A stretch of 64,000 nt of DNA from positions 17,422,001 through 17,486,000 of the forward strand of contig CM022665.1 of assembly GCA_012295275.1 (NCBI GenBank). Reading direction: 5' to 3'. The DNA comes from Chrysomallon squamiferum. Taxonomy: Eukaryota > Animalia > Mollusca. Positions 10,697-25,700 of the stretch are shown here, piece after piece (position 1 is the stretch's first letter; every line of letters starts with the position of its first letter). Both the position numbers and the translations under genes were made by a program. The notes below the pieces were generated by a model. It was not told the DNA's origin and searched no databases. It saw nothing but the letters and a program-made list of their open reading frames with translations.

Positions 10697-13600
10697 AAAG
10701 AAGCAAGCACGTACATCTAAACATCTGATGTACAAAATGTCTTAATCATTTCCAAGAACATTAGTAAATCTAATGTCACAAAAGCTAAATTAAATATAGC
10801 ATCAAATCACCATTTAATTTTTTTTATATATATATCAGTATTAGATACAATAAATCCTCATTATTCAAACCAAAAGTCAATTATTTTATTTGCACTTATT
10901 TAAGAAAATAGGCATCAAAATGGAAATGGAAAATAAAATACAAAATTCAAACAGTACATGAGTACATAGGTTTTTCCCTAAAAATCATATTGTTACAGTT
11001 TCTAGCAAAGAATTTATAAATACATAACAAAAGGCATCTTTGGGTGTAAAGTCAACACAAAAAAGTAAATTTATCGTGAAAATAATATATATATTTTATA
11101 AAAAATTCCAAAAACACAAATAATTAAGTAAAATCTTTCGTGATTCACAAAAGTTGTTGAAATTGGCATTGTATTAACATGTTACATTGACACCAAACAA
11201 AACCTTCAATGATGTGCAATCATTTAAATATCTGAATACTACATAGCATTTAAGAAAACCATAATAAAAGGTAGCATAAACAAAATCTAAAACGGCTACA
11301 AATATAACATTAAAACCTATTTACATATTTTGTAAAACTAGGCAATTCACCTCAAAACATTTCTTGTAATGAAAACTATGATAGAAATTACACCAAAAAC
11401 AAACAGCAAATAAAAGTAGTAACATTTTGTCTTTCTGCTCCCTTTTAGTTTTTTTAGTTTTTTTTTTTCTTTGTAACACAAAAAATGCTTCCAGTCATTT
11501 AAAATCAAAATTATATTCATTAATGTAACTGTAGACCTACTTGATGAAGTCTGCACTGTCTTCAGTTCATATCTAAACAATTTCAAAACAGTTATCACAT
11601 TAAATTAACCTTGCACAAAATGAAGATGAAAAAACTTTTAAGCTCTGCCTAAATGTAAAGAGAAACAATTCATATAAAAAACCAAATGGAAATCACAAAC
11701 AAAAATGATTATACAAAAAGGTATAATCCAAAAAGACATGATTATATAAATTTTGCATAGCAAAAAGGTAAAATACTAAAAATATTTGCAAATAATTTTT
11801 GTTTTCCTTCAACAGATATAACATTGATTAAAACATGTTAGCATACATAGAAAATGAGTTTAGAAAATGTAAAAAAAAAATCAATCATAATCGAAGCATC
11901 TTTAATCAAATAATAAATTCAAATCTGTTTTGAAGAAAAACTTTCTAATCTAGCAAAGTATTAACATTTAAATATAATATATAAAAGTAATTTTCCATGA
12001 TTGGTGTATTTTAAAAAATAAATTTATAGCCAATATTTCACACATTCTTTAAGCCATGTATCTAACGGCTATGTAATTATTAACACAAAGGTCAGAAATC
12101 ATTTGATATATAGAATATATGTCTCTATCTGACTGGCATATTTTAGCAAACCAATAACAGTTTATTCAACCAGCAAGAAGAAAATATAAACAATATCCTG
12201 CATTCAAAGCTCAGCTAAGGTAATAAGAAAACAGCATAGTGTAACAGATACTGTTACATTAACAAATGCAGTAAAACACACAATATTTAACACAAGTCCT
12301 TGTAACAATGTAACAAATTAAAAAATCTGCTTTCTAATTTTTAAAAACAAAAATATATATTTATATTAATCTTTTAATGGTTAATAACTGATTCATCTCT
12401 AAATTTCAAAACAATGAAATTTATTTTCAAGAATACATGTTGAAAAAAAATGTTATGCTCTGCATACATATAAATGAAATACTACACTTATTTTTTACAA
12501 ATGTACTGAAATCTAATCACAGATTTCCAAGATGTTAGCAATGAAAAAATAACATATACTTGTAGATGAATATTACACAGCACAAAAAGGTCCAAAAGAA
12601 AACTGAATCATATTTGTTCATTTTGATCTACATTTGTTTTTCTCTTTCTTTTCTCCCAAGAAATGATATCAACACTGTATACATTGTTAATTATAGTACG
12701 AAAATGTTAAAACAACACAAAAAAAAAAAAAAATAAAAAAAAAATGCAGAAAAACAACAAATTCAGCTTGCAAACATACATGTGCATAAATGAAATTAAT
12801 TTAAAAAAAATTAAGATAGTAAATTTTCAAATATATTTAAAGTAGTCAAATTACAAAATATTTAACAGCAACTATAATAACGAATATAAAGTGATATAAG
12901 AAGCTTCAAACAAAACAATATTTCTAAAATGGATTAACTTAGCAATACACATGTTAAAATTAAATCTGATTACAAGTCATAATGAAAATGTAAATCCGAA
13001 AAATGATCAAGATTTTCAGAACAATTTTGTCAACCAATGTTTACTGATTCAGTAAAGTAAAATATCATAGCAGAACAATATTAGAAAAATATTAATATAA
13101 TATTCTTACAAGAATACAGTCTTATATTTGTTGGATTCAGAAAGCATGTTGTATAATAAATGGAATATAATATTATTTATACATATATATAGTTATAATC
13201 TAAGAATGTACTATTAATAAAAACAAATCTGATACATAAGAAAAATACTTTTCAAAAAAAAAAGTTTTTATATATAAAATCACACATTTTTTTATTTATG
13301 CTAATATAAAAACTTGTACATAATTATGATAAACATCAAAAAAATCATTAGACTTTTCTTTTATTGAAATGAAAAAAAAGAAAAGAAAAGAAAAAGGGAA
13401 ATAATAATTCAACAATAAAACAAATGACATAATACATACTTCAGTTCTCAGTCATTCAGTTACTGTTAACTGTTTTTATAAAAAGTCAGTCAGTCTTTAA
13501 GACTAGTCCACACTAATAATGTTTTGTTTGTATTCAGTTCACATTAAGTCAAATTTTATTACTACATTTAATTCACTTTGTGTTAGTTTAGTTAAATGTA

Positions 13601-13743
13601 ACACACATTTTTCATTTAACTGAATGTATGTCAATAGTTTATTTGTTACTTAGATTTCTGGAAATTAAGTTTTTTTTCTTTTTCACTGATCATTTTCCTT
13701 TTGTTTTGAATGTCAACATCATAATCATGGGAGATATTTTACT

Positions 13744-16700
13744 TTATAGAGCTTGTCTTCTCTTTTCTTCTGTTTGTTTAAAAACTTTAAGCCAAGCCAG
13801 AGTTGCCTGACTTCCCTTGATGCTGTCTGGGAAGTTTTGTAGATCTTCTACAAGTAATGAGTCTGCAGTATTGGTATCATACAAAGGACCTTCAATATTA
13901 CCATAAATTACATCTCGTAATCTGAAATAAAAAAGATAATTCAATCATAAATGACTTGTCAAGACACTTTAACAAATCTGTCAAAACAAAGAAATAATCA
14001 ATGTTGGGTATGTGGTTCTGGGAAATGGTGAGGGCAACTACACTCCAAAATTAATGCACCAGAGGTGGGGTAATATCTGGGGAAAGCAAGAAAAAAATTG
14101 ATACTTGTAAAATTTCGAGCCACTCAACAATGCTGCTTCCCTGAACTAGAGTCCTCATACCTCAATGATTAACTGCCAGAATATAGTTTAAAAAATGATA
14201 AAAATTATTTAATGATATGAGTTATTATTCATACTTGTATCTTTTCAAGTCAACTGCATCTTCATCACGATGGGCTTGTGGCTGTGCTATCCTCAGTAAA
14301 ATGCAGTCAAAAATCTCCTGAAGTAGAAATTCCAGCTTGTTAAGAGTCTGGTGTTGACAAAATGCCACCAACTCATTTGTTTCTTCTTCAGACAACTCTT
14401 CCTTCATATCTTGGCCCAAGTTGTCAAAAGCATCCTTCAGTAAAACACAAAAATACAAATATAAATAAAAATAAAAATATGAATGAGCAGAAAATACAAA
14501 ACCAATTTTTATTAATAATGCTTTCTTAAATATGACTTGAATATTAGGAGACTTCTAAATAAAGAATGTATGTGTCCTGTTGGCTTCATGACAGGCTGTT
14601 CTTGTTAATGCTAATTTGAAAACTGACAGACAATACATAACTCACCTGATTATGTGCTGCAAGCACCTGAGATTTTTCCATATTTAGCAGAAGCCAAAGA
14701 CTTTGAACGTGCTTAAATCTGCAAACCTGCTGGGCCTTAAAAAATTAATTTTAAAACATTGTTTAGAACATTCCTATTTACACAATTTTCAATATGCCTT
14801 TATTATCAATGTAACAAGGTTATTTAAAATATCTCATTTAAATTAAATAAATAAAAATCTTTTATTATAAAATTTAAATGGAACACCTAGCCTTGAAGAG
14901 GCCCCAAATAAACCAAATTATGTGAAAATATTTTTCACGCTGATATTAAAATATATACAGACATTAAAAATAACTATCAGGTACCTTTTGACTTGTGATT
15001 GTTTGTTTCATTTTGAGGACTTCAATCATAAACAGCTGCAGAGAGTGGGAATCATCACCTCCGAGAGACTTGAGGAAAGATACAGCAATGTCAAGGTTGT
15101 CTATTGACTCACAGATATCTGGCAGACTGGCATGCAGCTCTGCTTTGATCTGAAGCTGGACAGCTGGACTCAACACTTCCTGGATGATGAAACAAAAAGA
15201 CTCAAATAATTTATTTTATTAAATCAGTTATATCTTAATTTAGCTGATACTGTCCAGTGAGCCAATTGCTGAATTACACATATAAACATTTTTGTGTGCA
15301 CATTTACTGATGAATGAGAAACATCTTAAAACATTAGTTATAAAGTGCAAGCTCTTTTATAGGAAATAATTAGATGTTTTTAACACAAGACAAAGGAATT
15401 TCAATAAATTAAATTAAGTTTGGGCTAACATGGACTAGTGAATGTTTTATTGCTCATCCTTAATACTATAGTTCTCATGAAAACACATATGTAAGCCTAA
15501 TACAATGGAATGCATAAAATAGTATTTGTTTTTTCTCAATATTTTATTTGTTGTTTTTTCAATATTTTATTTATTTATTTATTTTATTTAATTTTATTAT
15601 TTTTATTATTTTTATTATTTTTTTATTTTATTTTATTTTATTTTATTTTATTTTATTTTATTTTATTATTATTATTTTCTTCTCATGAAATGAAAAATGT
15701 GAGTAGTTAATAAGATAATAATAAAAATCAGTTATGTATTTAGGTTTGTTATAGGAACTGTTTTTCTTGTTTATTTGATTCTGATATATAAAGACATTTT
15801 TCAACAATTTTATGTCTTTTTATGTAAAATTTGTATGTGTCCATATATATAAAATAGTACCTGTTTTACTTTGCTACGCAACGTCCTAAACACACCAGCA
15901 TTGGCAGTGTCTGCTCGATATAACATAGTTTCCAGCTGGAAAAATTAATTCATATCACTTCCACTGAATGAAAACTTTAACTGATGTCAAAGTACATTGT
16001 GAGGACTTTGCATTTTTTTTCTTGGATGTTTACAAAAATGCTTTTAAATGATGATTACTCAGAATTTTTTTATTTATTTGCATTATTATGTATGTTTAAT
16101 ATATATTCCAGGAAAATATTAGGAAAAATATCTTCGTTCAAAATATGCCTGACAAATGTAAGATTATGGAACTTAAAAAAACATTTTATCATCTGATTTT
16201 AAACTTTTGTATTCCATTACAATTTGTTCAGTAAATCATGAAAACAATCAGACTGGCTGATGTGATTGCATCTTATGCCATATTTTATAATTTCATTACA
16301 ATATTTGCACAGAACATCATAACAGATCAAAAACTTAATGAATAAAAATTGAAAAAAGATTGCTCATTTAAATTTGAGCAATTTACTTACTGCAATAATA
16401 CCATTTTGTTGATGAACTTTAGACTTGGCTTGCAACACCATTTCTGTAAGTTGATTTTCAAAACCATCAAAATCATACTCCACTTTTGTTCCCTCACCCA
16501 GTTTGAAGGAATAGCTGCAGTTAGCTAGAACCAGTGGCAGCAAATCTTTCTCTGGATGGTAACAAATGAGATGATTTGACTTCAGGTCTTTCACTTGAAC
16601 TGTGGGAAGGCTGATATTAAGTGAAAAAAAAAAAAGTATATATCAAAAATAAAAGTTTCTCTAATTATAACTCTTTATCTAGATGTTTATTTATAATCCA

Positions 16701-19700
16701 TTCTATTTAAATGCAGTAAAACACATTAAAGTTAGTGTAACTTCTTATACAAGTGAGAAAAGGGTTCTTCTCTCTTGTAGTTAAGTTGCCAACTGGAATT
16801 TAAAACTTAAATGTTTATAAACAAAGAGATATAAAGTTTTTAACTAATTTATCTGAATAATTTCTAAAATAAATGTATGTAATATCCAATTACATTAACC
16901 TCTGTCTGTTAATTGCACTGTACATCTCAAGAAATTCATTGTGTTTTCTCAAGAGATACTCCAACAGAATGTACGAACAGAGTCCAGGTCCAGTGGTGGA
17001 TGGCAGCAAGACAGCAAGCTGGGAGTCTGAAGTGATCTTTTTATTTCTGAAATCTTCTGGGAGTCTGATTAAGACACCATGCAAACTCAAACAACCTACA
17101 GACAATATTATTTACATATCAGAACTTTAAACACTGTGACATAGCATTTATACAGTATATAATGAGACATTAATAACTTTGTGACATACACCATATTGAC
17201 AATTCTGCTCTAAGTGTTTGTTTTGTTCTCTTATTCAGGTTTACAGTTAATTAAAGACTACACTGGGTACAACACTGTCAAAATATAATTTAACTCTGAG
17301 CATCTGGCAGTTATTGGCCTTTTTTCACCACTCTAAAATAACATAATCACTTATGTTGATATTATATATATTTATTATGCCACTGAAATAAAAGACTAAA
17401 CAACATTCTTCATTTTCTTAATTAAAATGTCTTTAATTATTAATTTAACAGATTTCTTAATTAATTTGTGTTTAATTGTTAATTTAACAGAGTTTGTCCT
17501 TACCATAATCCAACAGTTTTTCTTTAACACATTCCCAAGCAGCAACAAAGTTATTAAAGAGTTCCTCCATATTGAAGTTGTTATCTGAAATTGAAAAAGA
17601 AATATCGATGGAGATTGTCATAATTCTCAAATACTTTTAGTAAATCAAAGACAACCATCATGCATATTTAACAAAGAAGCCATAATTGTACAAAACTACC
17701 TAATTCAAAAATATAATCAGTATAACAAATCATTGTAGTTAATGGTGTAGATAATCTCACTCTTTTTTTCTAAGTGTAAAACAATATCAAGTCACAAAAT
17801 AATAGAAATCAAAATCAAGTATGTGTAAAGATATAATTGTTTTTGAGAATGCTGATTATTAGAGTTTTAAAAATGAATCTTTTTGCAGCTTTTGACATCA
17901 GCTCTGTGGTGTTAAGCTTGCATGATTTTTAAATGTGCTACATAAATGTTCAGGACCTGCCTCTCAATGCAGAACTTGGTTTGGTTCTAATCAATATATG
18001 TTAACCTGATAAGTGTTAAAGTCATAAGAGCAATTTGCAAATAGAAATTCAGTTTGCTGATGATAATTACAGATGTTTATGTAAAATTACAAAGTGATTG
18101 GGAATTACACTAAAGTTTAAAAAAAAAAAAGGTTTTCTCCATTCTGCAGTTTTCATTACCCAGTTGAATTAGACAGTGGATAATTTGGCTGTTAGTCACA
18201 TGAACCTAATAAAGTATATCAAACATCAGTTTTGTTTTTAATGTGCTTAATAAAACATTGTTATTTCAGTATAATTCATCTGTTTTATTTTAAAAAGAAA
18301 TATAATTTGAACTTATCTGTTTATGTAAATGATGTAACTTTCATTATTTTTCTTAAATAACATTATCTTTCATTTAATTAAAGATTAAGAAAACATAATT
18401 TGAACTTATCTGTTTATGTAAATGATGTAACTTTCATTATTTTTCTTAAATAACATTATCTTTCATTTAATTAAAGATTAAGAAGATGTTTTTATCATGG
18501 TCCTTACTTTCAGATCTAAGAACATCTTTTATGATCAGTTTATATGCTTCAGCTCGATCAAGACGACGTCTGAATTTCAGCATCAAGTGACGCTGCAGAG
18601 TCAAAATACTTGGAATGTACTGCATTGCCTGAAGATAGTAACTCTGAAACAAAACAATTATCAATTTAAAAATAAATGTAATGAATGTTGAAGAATTAGC
18701 TTGATGAAACCTTTAGCCAAGTTACATTTGTTTAATAACTCATGTATACCATTTCCTGACTAGCTTAAAAATAATCAAGTTGGCATTTTATAAATAAATA
18801 ATTTCATCATTACTTATTTACACATATAAATAAATACATAAAACAGGAATTAAAAATGTTATTTTTTTTATTTTAATAGATACCTACTGACACTTAAAAA
18901 AACCCTGTTCTTCTGTTAAATACTTTTTTTTTTTTACAAATTTTCATAGTCTTGAACATTATTTACATTTTGTACTTATTTTAAAATTAATTTTGAAGAA
19001 ATAATGTATAACACATATAAATTTATGAATAAGCCACCATAAATGCTTTAAAAAGAAATGGTTATACTAGTAAAAAATAATAATAATAATAATATCTATA
19101 TCCAAAATAAGCTAATTAATAAATGTGTAAACTCAGCTATTTAAGAAATATTTTTTAAAAATTACTTCTGAATGAAAAAGTCTCAAAACACGGTTGCTCT
19201 TCTCTTTCTTGGTATTTTCCATCTGGAGTTGGAATTCTCGTAGAAAATGATCCAGTGTGATACGTGAACGATAGCGCCACACATCAGGAATATCATGAAG
19301 ATCTGCAACTGACTTCAAATTATGTGTTGTGTCAACTTCATACAGAATGTTCAACAGTTTATCTTGTCCTTAAAAAAGAACAACAATGAATAGAATAAAA
19401 TTAAATCATTAGTTCTGACACGCATCATCAACTTTAGTGAGCAAACATTTCTATAAACCATTAAATAATTTGATAAATGATTCATTATTAGAATTCTTGT
19501 AACATTTAATTCACAGTATTTTCTATTTTTGTAAAGATTCACATTTAATTTTTTTTTTCATTATGAATCATTTTATATGTCAAAGGAAGAAAGAAATGTT
19601 TTTAATGACACTCAATACATTTCTGATCAACAGTTATCTGTATACTGCTCAGGACCAAACAACAGCTATTCTTTTCACATGGCTAATTATCATGGCTTTT

Positions 19701-22700
19701 CATAAACCCATAGTACGATAATGATTAAAACAAGATTATGTCAAAGATACAAAACACATTTTTAATACTAACCAAATCTTTTGTCTTTCATAATTCTGTG
19801 GTTTAGAGTTTGCAGTAAATTGTCCAGATCCTAAAAAAATAATATTATAAAAAACATCCATGCAGGAAGCTATAAGTAATATAAATAACTATACCAACAT
19901 GTTTTGAAAGAGTCAGTAGCTTCTTTAAAACACATTTGACTAAAAACTATGTTATCTGGAACCATATATTTATTTTACATGTAACCACAACAATAAATGC
20001 ATTGCTATAAAAGAGGTAAAAAATAATATGAATGCAGCATTACCTGTAAAACAGGAGATACAAACTGAGCTGTAAATCTGTCTTCCCAAGTTTCTCTTTC
20101 TTGTTTTGATGACAGTGTCACTGGGGTTCCTGCAAACACATTACCTGGCAAGAGATGATTATTAAAATATGATAGTGATCATAACAGTAATAAAAGGAAA
20201 AATTGTATGCATATGCAGAATAATTTGTTTAATAATTTCCAGTGCTAAAGGTATGTTCTTGCTTTGGGAAGGTGGTTTTAATAAATCTTACAGATGCATA
20301 TGACATCAAACTTTTTTTAGAAAACATCACAAGAAAAATTAAACTTTTCACTTTACAATTTCCCCTGTGCCCTTCTAAAAAAGAACATATTTACATTTTA
20401 ATCTGTTATTTGTTAATATTAATATTAAAAAATATATATATAACCTACCTGTTGTACTTTCAATGATCAAGTTAAAGATGAAATGTAGCATGAGAAATAC
20501 ATCATCCAAACTTTTTCCAATACCTCTCTGAAGTTGTTCTACATCTTTCTGGATGTGATTCCAGAAAAACTGAGATACATTTTGTGGGGCTGCTTTGACC
20601 ATTGAAACAATGTCCTGAAACACAAAAAAAAATTGTATAAAAAAAAAAAAAAAATTAAAAACTAAAATTGATAACTAAGATCCAGGTAAGAAATGAATTT
20701 TCATTACAGTTATAAACAGAGATAAGTTTGAACAGTGCCAGAATGGATAATCAATATCAGTTATTTTTAACTGTACCCATCATTACTTTTATGAATATTA
20801 CTTTAAAATTTGTTTTTCTTTAATAGCATCAGTTATCTCAAAGACATTTTTCGGTAGGATTGTCAAACTTGTTCTAAGTGCTTCTGTAATCTACTTTTGA
20901 TATATTTATGTCAAATAAATGTAAAGCTTTAAATGACTTTGATTATCTTTATTATAGATTTAAAATCACAGGAGTGATTTGACAACTATTTCTATTACAT
21001 TGACTGGTTTTTATTCTGTGTAAATGAAAAGTATGTATAGTTTCTAATCTGATGAATTTTAAACTAACCCGAGAGTTGATGTCACAACCAAGAAGTAAAG
21101 CTGCATGAGTCAGCAGTCGTAGTATGGCACAGGCATGACGACTTAGTTTCCGTTCTGGCAAGGAAATGTCAGGTCTGTGAGCTGCATCACCCAGAATGTG
21201 TCCAGTTTTTGTATTATCCATTCTAAAATGATTTTTTATTAAATTCCATAAATATCAATTTTTGAGCAAAATCTTCTACACAAGATCATAAACAAAGAAA
21301 ATCTCTAACTAATGTATTTAGAATCAGACAAATTATAAGATCATAAACAAAAAATGTATCAAACTAATATATTTAGAATCAGATGAATTGTAAGATCATA
21401 AACATGTAAAACTTCAGGCTAATACATTTAGAATCAAAGAAATCATAAACATAGAAAATCTGAAACAAAAACAGTTTAAAAATAGACAATAAAATTAAAC
21501 TCAAATTTTACACCAAGTCATAATTATTATATCAGACCAAAAATAATAATATTTTAAAAAAAAGAAATAAATTATATAATTAATAAAACAGAATCAACTT
21601 GATTACAAAAGTAGAGAAATACCCTGTATCCTGGACATTTCCTTGAACTAGATTGTGACCAGTACCACCTATCTTTGCACCACATTCATTGCACCTGCTC
21701 TCTACAGATGGTCGACCACACTAAAGTCAAATAAAAATAAATTCATATATTCTTAAAATGCCAGACATTCCTATTCAAAAACAAATGTATTTATGTATAC
21801 ATTTACAATTATATTAATCATTATAATTCTAGATGTGTGTCTGTTTTGCAATGTTTACAATATTTTATAACAGTCTAAAAGTGTTAGGCTACGTAATAAG
21901 TTGGATGAATTTAAGATGGAATGAAATAAAGGTAAACATTATGGCCATCAATATAATGACTGGCCATACACAACATCTGCATGTATTTATCTGGATGTTT
22001 ATGTAGTGACATTACTAAAAGACACTTTACAATTGCTGATATTAAAGTCATTCCCTTTATTTAGTTTAAATACATGATGAAACTAACAAAACTGATATCA
22101 AATATAAACACTTAACTTTTTAAACATTTCCTCTGTTTTTGGTTATCACTAAGCTACTTAAGAATAAATTCTCTAGGTTATAATTTGCATTGAGCAGCAA
22201 ACAAAAAGACTTTGACTTTATATTTATTTATATATTAAAGTATACCAACATCTCCAATAGCATATGCATGACCATTTGGACAATCTGAAATAAAAAACAA
22301 CACAGCAATAATTTTAAACTGGTGGATTTACTAGTTCTCCTCAATTCAGCCTTTCATTTGGATTATTTTTTACAATAATTTTTGAATGCTGCATATGAAA
22401 CAATATTTCATTTGTCTCAAATAAGTTTTATAATTTTGATAATCCCATATTACATTGTGAAGATATAATAATAGTAATTGGATGAAGAAGAAGAAGATCT
22501 TTATTCTAAAGCTGTAGCAAGTTAACAAAACATTTAAAGATGGTTCTTTTTTCAGTGTTTTTTTGTTTTTTTTAAACTAATAAACATTAATGTCTACCTT
22601 TTCTAAGAAGAACTTGAAATTTTATAAAGATGTACACATGCATAATGCATATACATGAATCTTATTGAAGTCTCTATCCAGATGTTTCACAAATACATTG

Positions 22701-25700
22701 ATCTCATGAAGAACAAATTATTTCTATTTACATTTCCAATATCAAAGGCAATGTTTTTAAAATACTCACAATAGAATACTTCAGTAAAAAGATGCTTTAT
22801 CTCTGTCAGATCATTTTGTGGCATGGTTGGCAAAAATGCATTCTAATGAAAGAAAATCACAGAAAATGAACATTAATTTGAAGGGTCATCATAATAACAA
22901 CTGTTATTTAAAGAAGTTAACACATTCAGTTTAAAGAGTAATCTCTTGTATGGCCTTCTCTAAGTTACACTTAGTAATATTCAAGGAGAAAATACACAGT
23001 GCATTTATGAAATGCTAAAATAAATAATAGCAACTGTAAACAAACTTAATTATAAAAATAATTATATTAAAAATACCATCATAACAGCTGGATTGGTTGC
23101 CAAGGCAATCAAAGGATTTAAAAAGTTCTTATTGTCACAGTTGCTCAGAGCAAGTGAAAGGTGAAACAGCATACAAAGAATGCTCTGATCTCTCAAACGC
23201 TGTCCTTGCTGCACATTCAGCAGTTGAATTTGTTGTCCAAACTTGTTGTCCAGCAAATGGAGCAATGGTTGCTACATAAAAAACAATAACAAATAGCAGA
23301 AGAGTTTTAAATACATTTTTTTTGTTGTAAAAACAATATCAAATTGAAAAATAAATTGCTTATAAACACTAAGTTAGAAATATTGAAAACAACATACAAA
23401 TCTAATATGAAATAATGTTCTGCATTCATGAAGAAAAACATTTTATTTTTGAAAAAACAAACAAACAGCACCAAAAGGTAGCTACTGGACAAAATATAGA
23501 AGTAACTTAAATTATCTTTCCTATTATATAAAAACAAATAATTTCTTATATACTTACACTCTTCATTTTGTTAGCAAATGTCTTAAGATTTTCTGTAACT
23601 TTAGCCTAAAATGAAATCAGTACGGTTTGATATTTATAATGGACATAAAATCAAAAGCTTTTTTTTGTTAATTGTTAAATGAAAGTACTTTGGCTTAATA
23701 TTCTAAAAAAATGAAAGAATATTAACAAACATATATATCATATTAAAAATCATTAAATAAAAGTTATCTTTGATCTATTATGGTTATTAATATATTGAAA
23801 AATATAGTTTAATAACAAAGTTTCAACTATAAAACAAAACAACAAACAGCAATAGTAATTAAATACAAAAATATAGCATCATACCAAAGCCTGATTTTTG
23901 TGAATGTCAAATTGGATGTATTTTAAAGTGACTTCACGATGGATAGCCAGAAACAGATACATATTCTTGAGTGGACATTCAGCTTCCTGAAATCATGTCA
24001 TGAAAAATGTTGTTTAAAACTACTGTAAATTAAAATCAGAACAAATTGTTATTTTATTCAATAGTAATGAAAAAATAAACAATAATAATAATAATAATAA
24101 AGAAATAAAATAAAGAAGCAACAGTAAAAAAAATAATACCAGTTATAAAAATTAACAGTTCGAACTTATTATAGCTTAAATTTCTGACAGAATGCACTAA
24201 TAAAAACTATCAAGATGTGTTTATCAATGGAAGAAATTCTTAAAAAATTAACTGACCTCAATGATAAAAGAATGACATAAAAAAAGAAGAGAAAGATAAT
24301 AATTTCAACTACTGTATACTAACATTCAACACAGTTTCTAAATGTTTGACATCTTCACCAACAAGTGTTTTTGCCACCATGTCTCGAATTTTCTGATAGG
24401 TCAAAGAATGCACCATGTATCGGTCTGCACATTCTTTCACCTGAAACATATTAATATAACCAAATATTTACAGTTTAACACAGAAATAAGACTGTTGAAA
24501 ATAACAAAACTGCCTATCTAAATAAACTGTCTTAAAAATGGAAATGCAACTATCAATGTGAAAAAAAACCCACCTTTATGGATTGAACTATATGGAAATT
24601 AACCCTTACCATTGCACACACACAAACCATTAATTACATCAATGTTCTGACATTTATAACAACATTTGAAAATGAAATTTATAAAATATTAACTATTACA
24701 AAAAACCCTGAAGAGGCAAGACAGCAATAACTAGAATCAAATGTATATTTATTTCATTTACAGCTGGAAATTCACCTGATTGGTTTTCTCCTCTATAACA
24801 AGCCAAGGCACTGCAGCACTCTCACAAATGATATGGTAGCTGTCTGTTCCAAATTCCCTGCACAGCTGTTTCACAAGGAACCTCCTATTTTTACAACAAA
24901 ATAAAAAACATAATTTGTGTGTTAATTGTACAAAATTATAAGATATTACCTACTGCTTTCTTTCAACTGGAACAACCTATGTCAGTTACAATTCAGATTA
25001 AAAGCATTAACTTAAGACTAGTATAAAATTTATTTTCTGTTATAGAGAATCTGTTTTGTAAAATATAAATGATTTCATCTAAAATTAAACTCTTGCCTCA
25101 TCCACATTTAAATGCATTTGTTTTATTATTGACTAAAATACGTTTTACAGTTTTACAAAAAATCTAAATACTTTCTCTATACTTCTGTTGACTGTTGTAT
25201 TTTTTTTACTAGCTATAAACATTGCCAATTATAAAGTATGTAAATAAAATAGCTTTTGTGAGAAAACCATTTTCACTTGTTTTATAGCATCAGTTTGTGC
25301 ACAGACATATCCCTTAAATTCTGACAAATAACAGCACTGCAATGTTGGGTTTTTCTTACATCTCCATGAGAAAGAGAAAATGGAAACCTTCACACACCTT
25401 TCTAGGTTTGATATATTATTTGCTATTATTAGAACATAAAAACAATTATGCTATGGATATATTTCAAATCATGAATGATTTCCTGATATCCTCACTTTGT
25501 AAAATAAAAAATGTTTTGTGTAACTTACTTAGGCCATTCAAAGTTTTCCATTTCTATCAGCTGTTTTGCTGCTTTAAACATTTTAGATAACTGCAATGTC
25601 CTTGTGAGTGATTCTTCAGTTATAAGCTTGTGAAGACATTTGGCCACAGTCATCAAACCAAATCTTGCATTTGCAATAGCAGATAGTTTGTCCAAACCAG

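Noticed and set aside
9645-13810. Short ORFs at 9645+, 11347- and 13628+ between the two genes
   Set aside because: Low-complexity AT-rich UTR sequence (F/I/K/L/N-rich translations) with no splice or domain support.
21282-21466. Regularly spaced repeats suggestive of a CRISPR array
   Set aside because: Eukaryotic intron; the whole 55-bp unit is degenerately repeated with no unique spacers and no cas genes.
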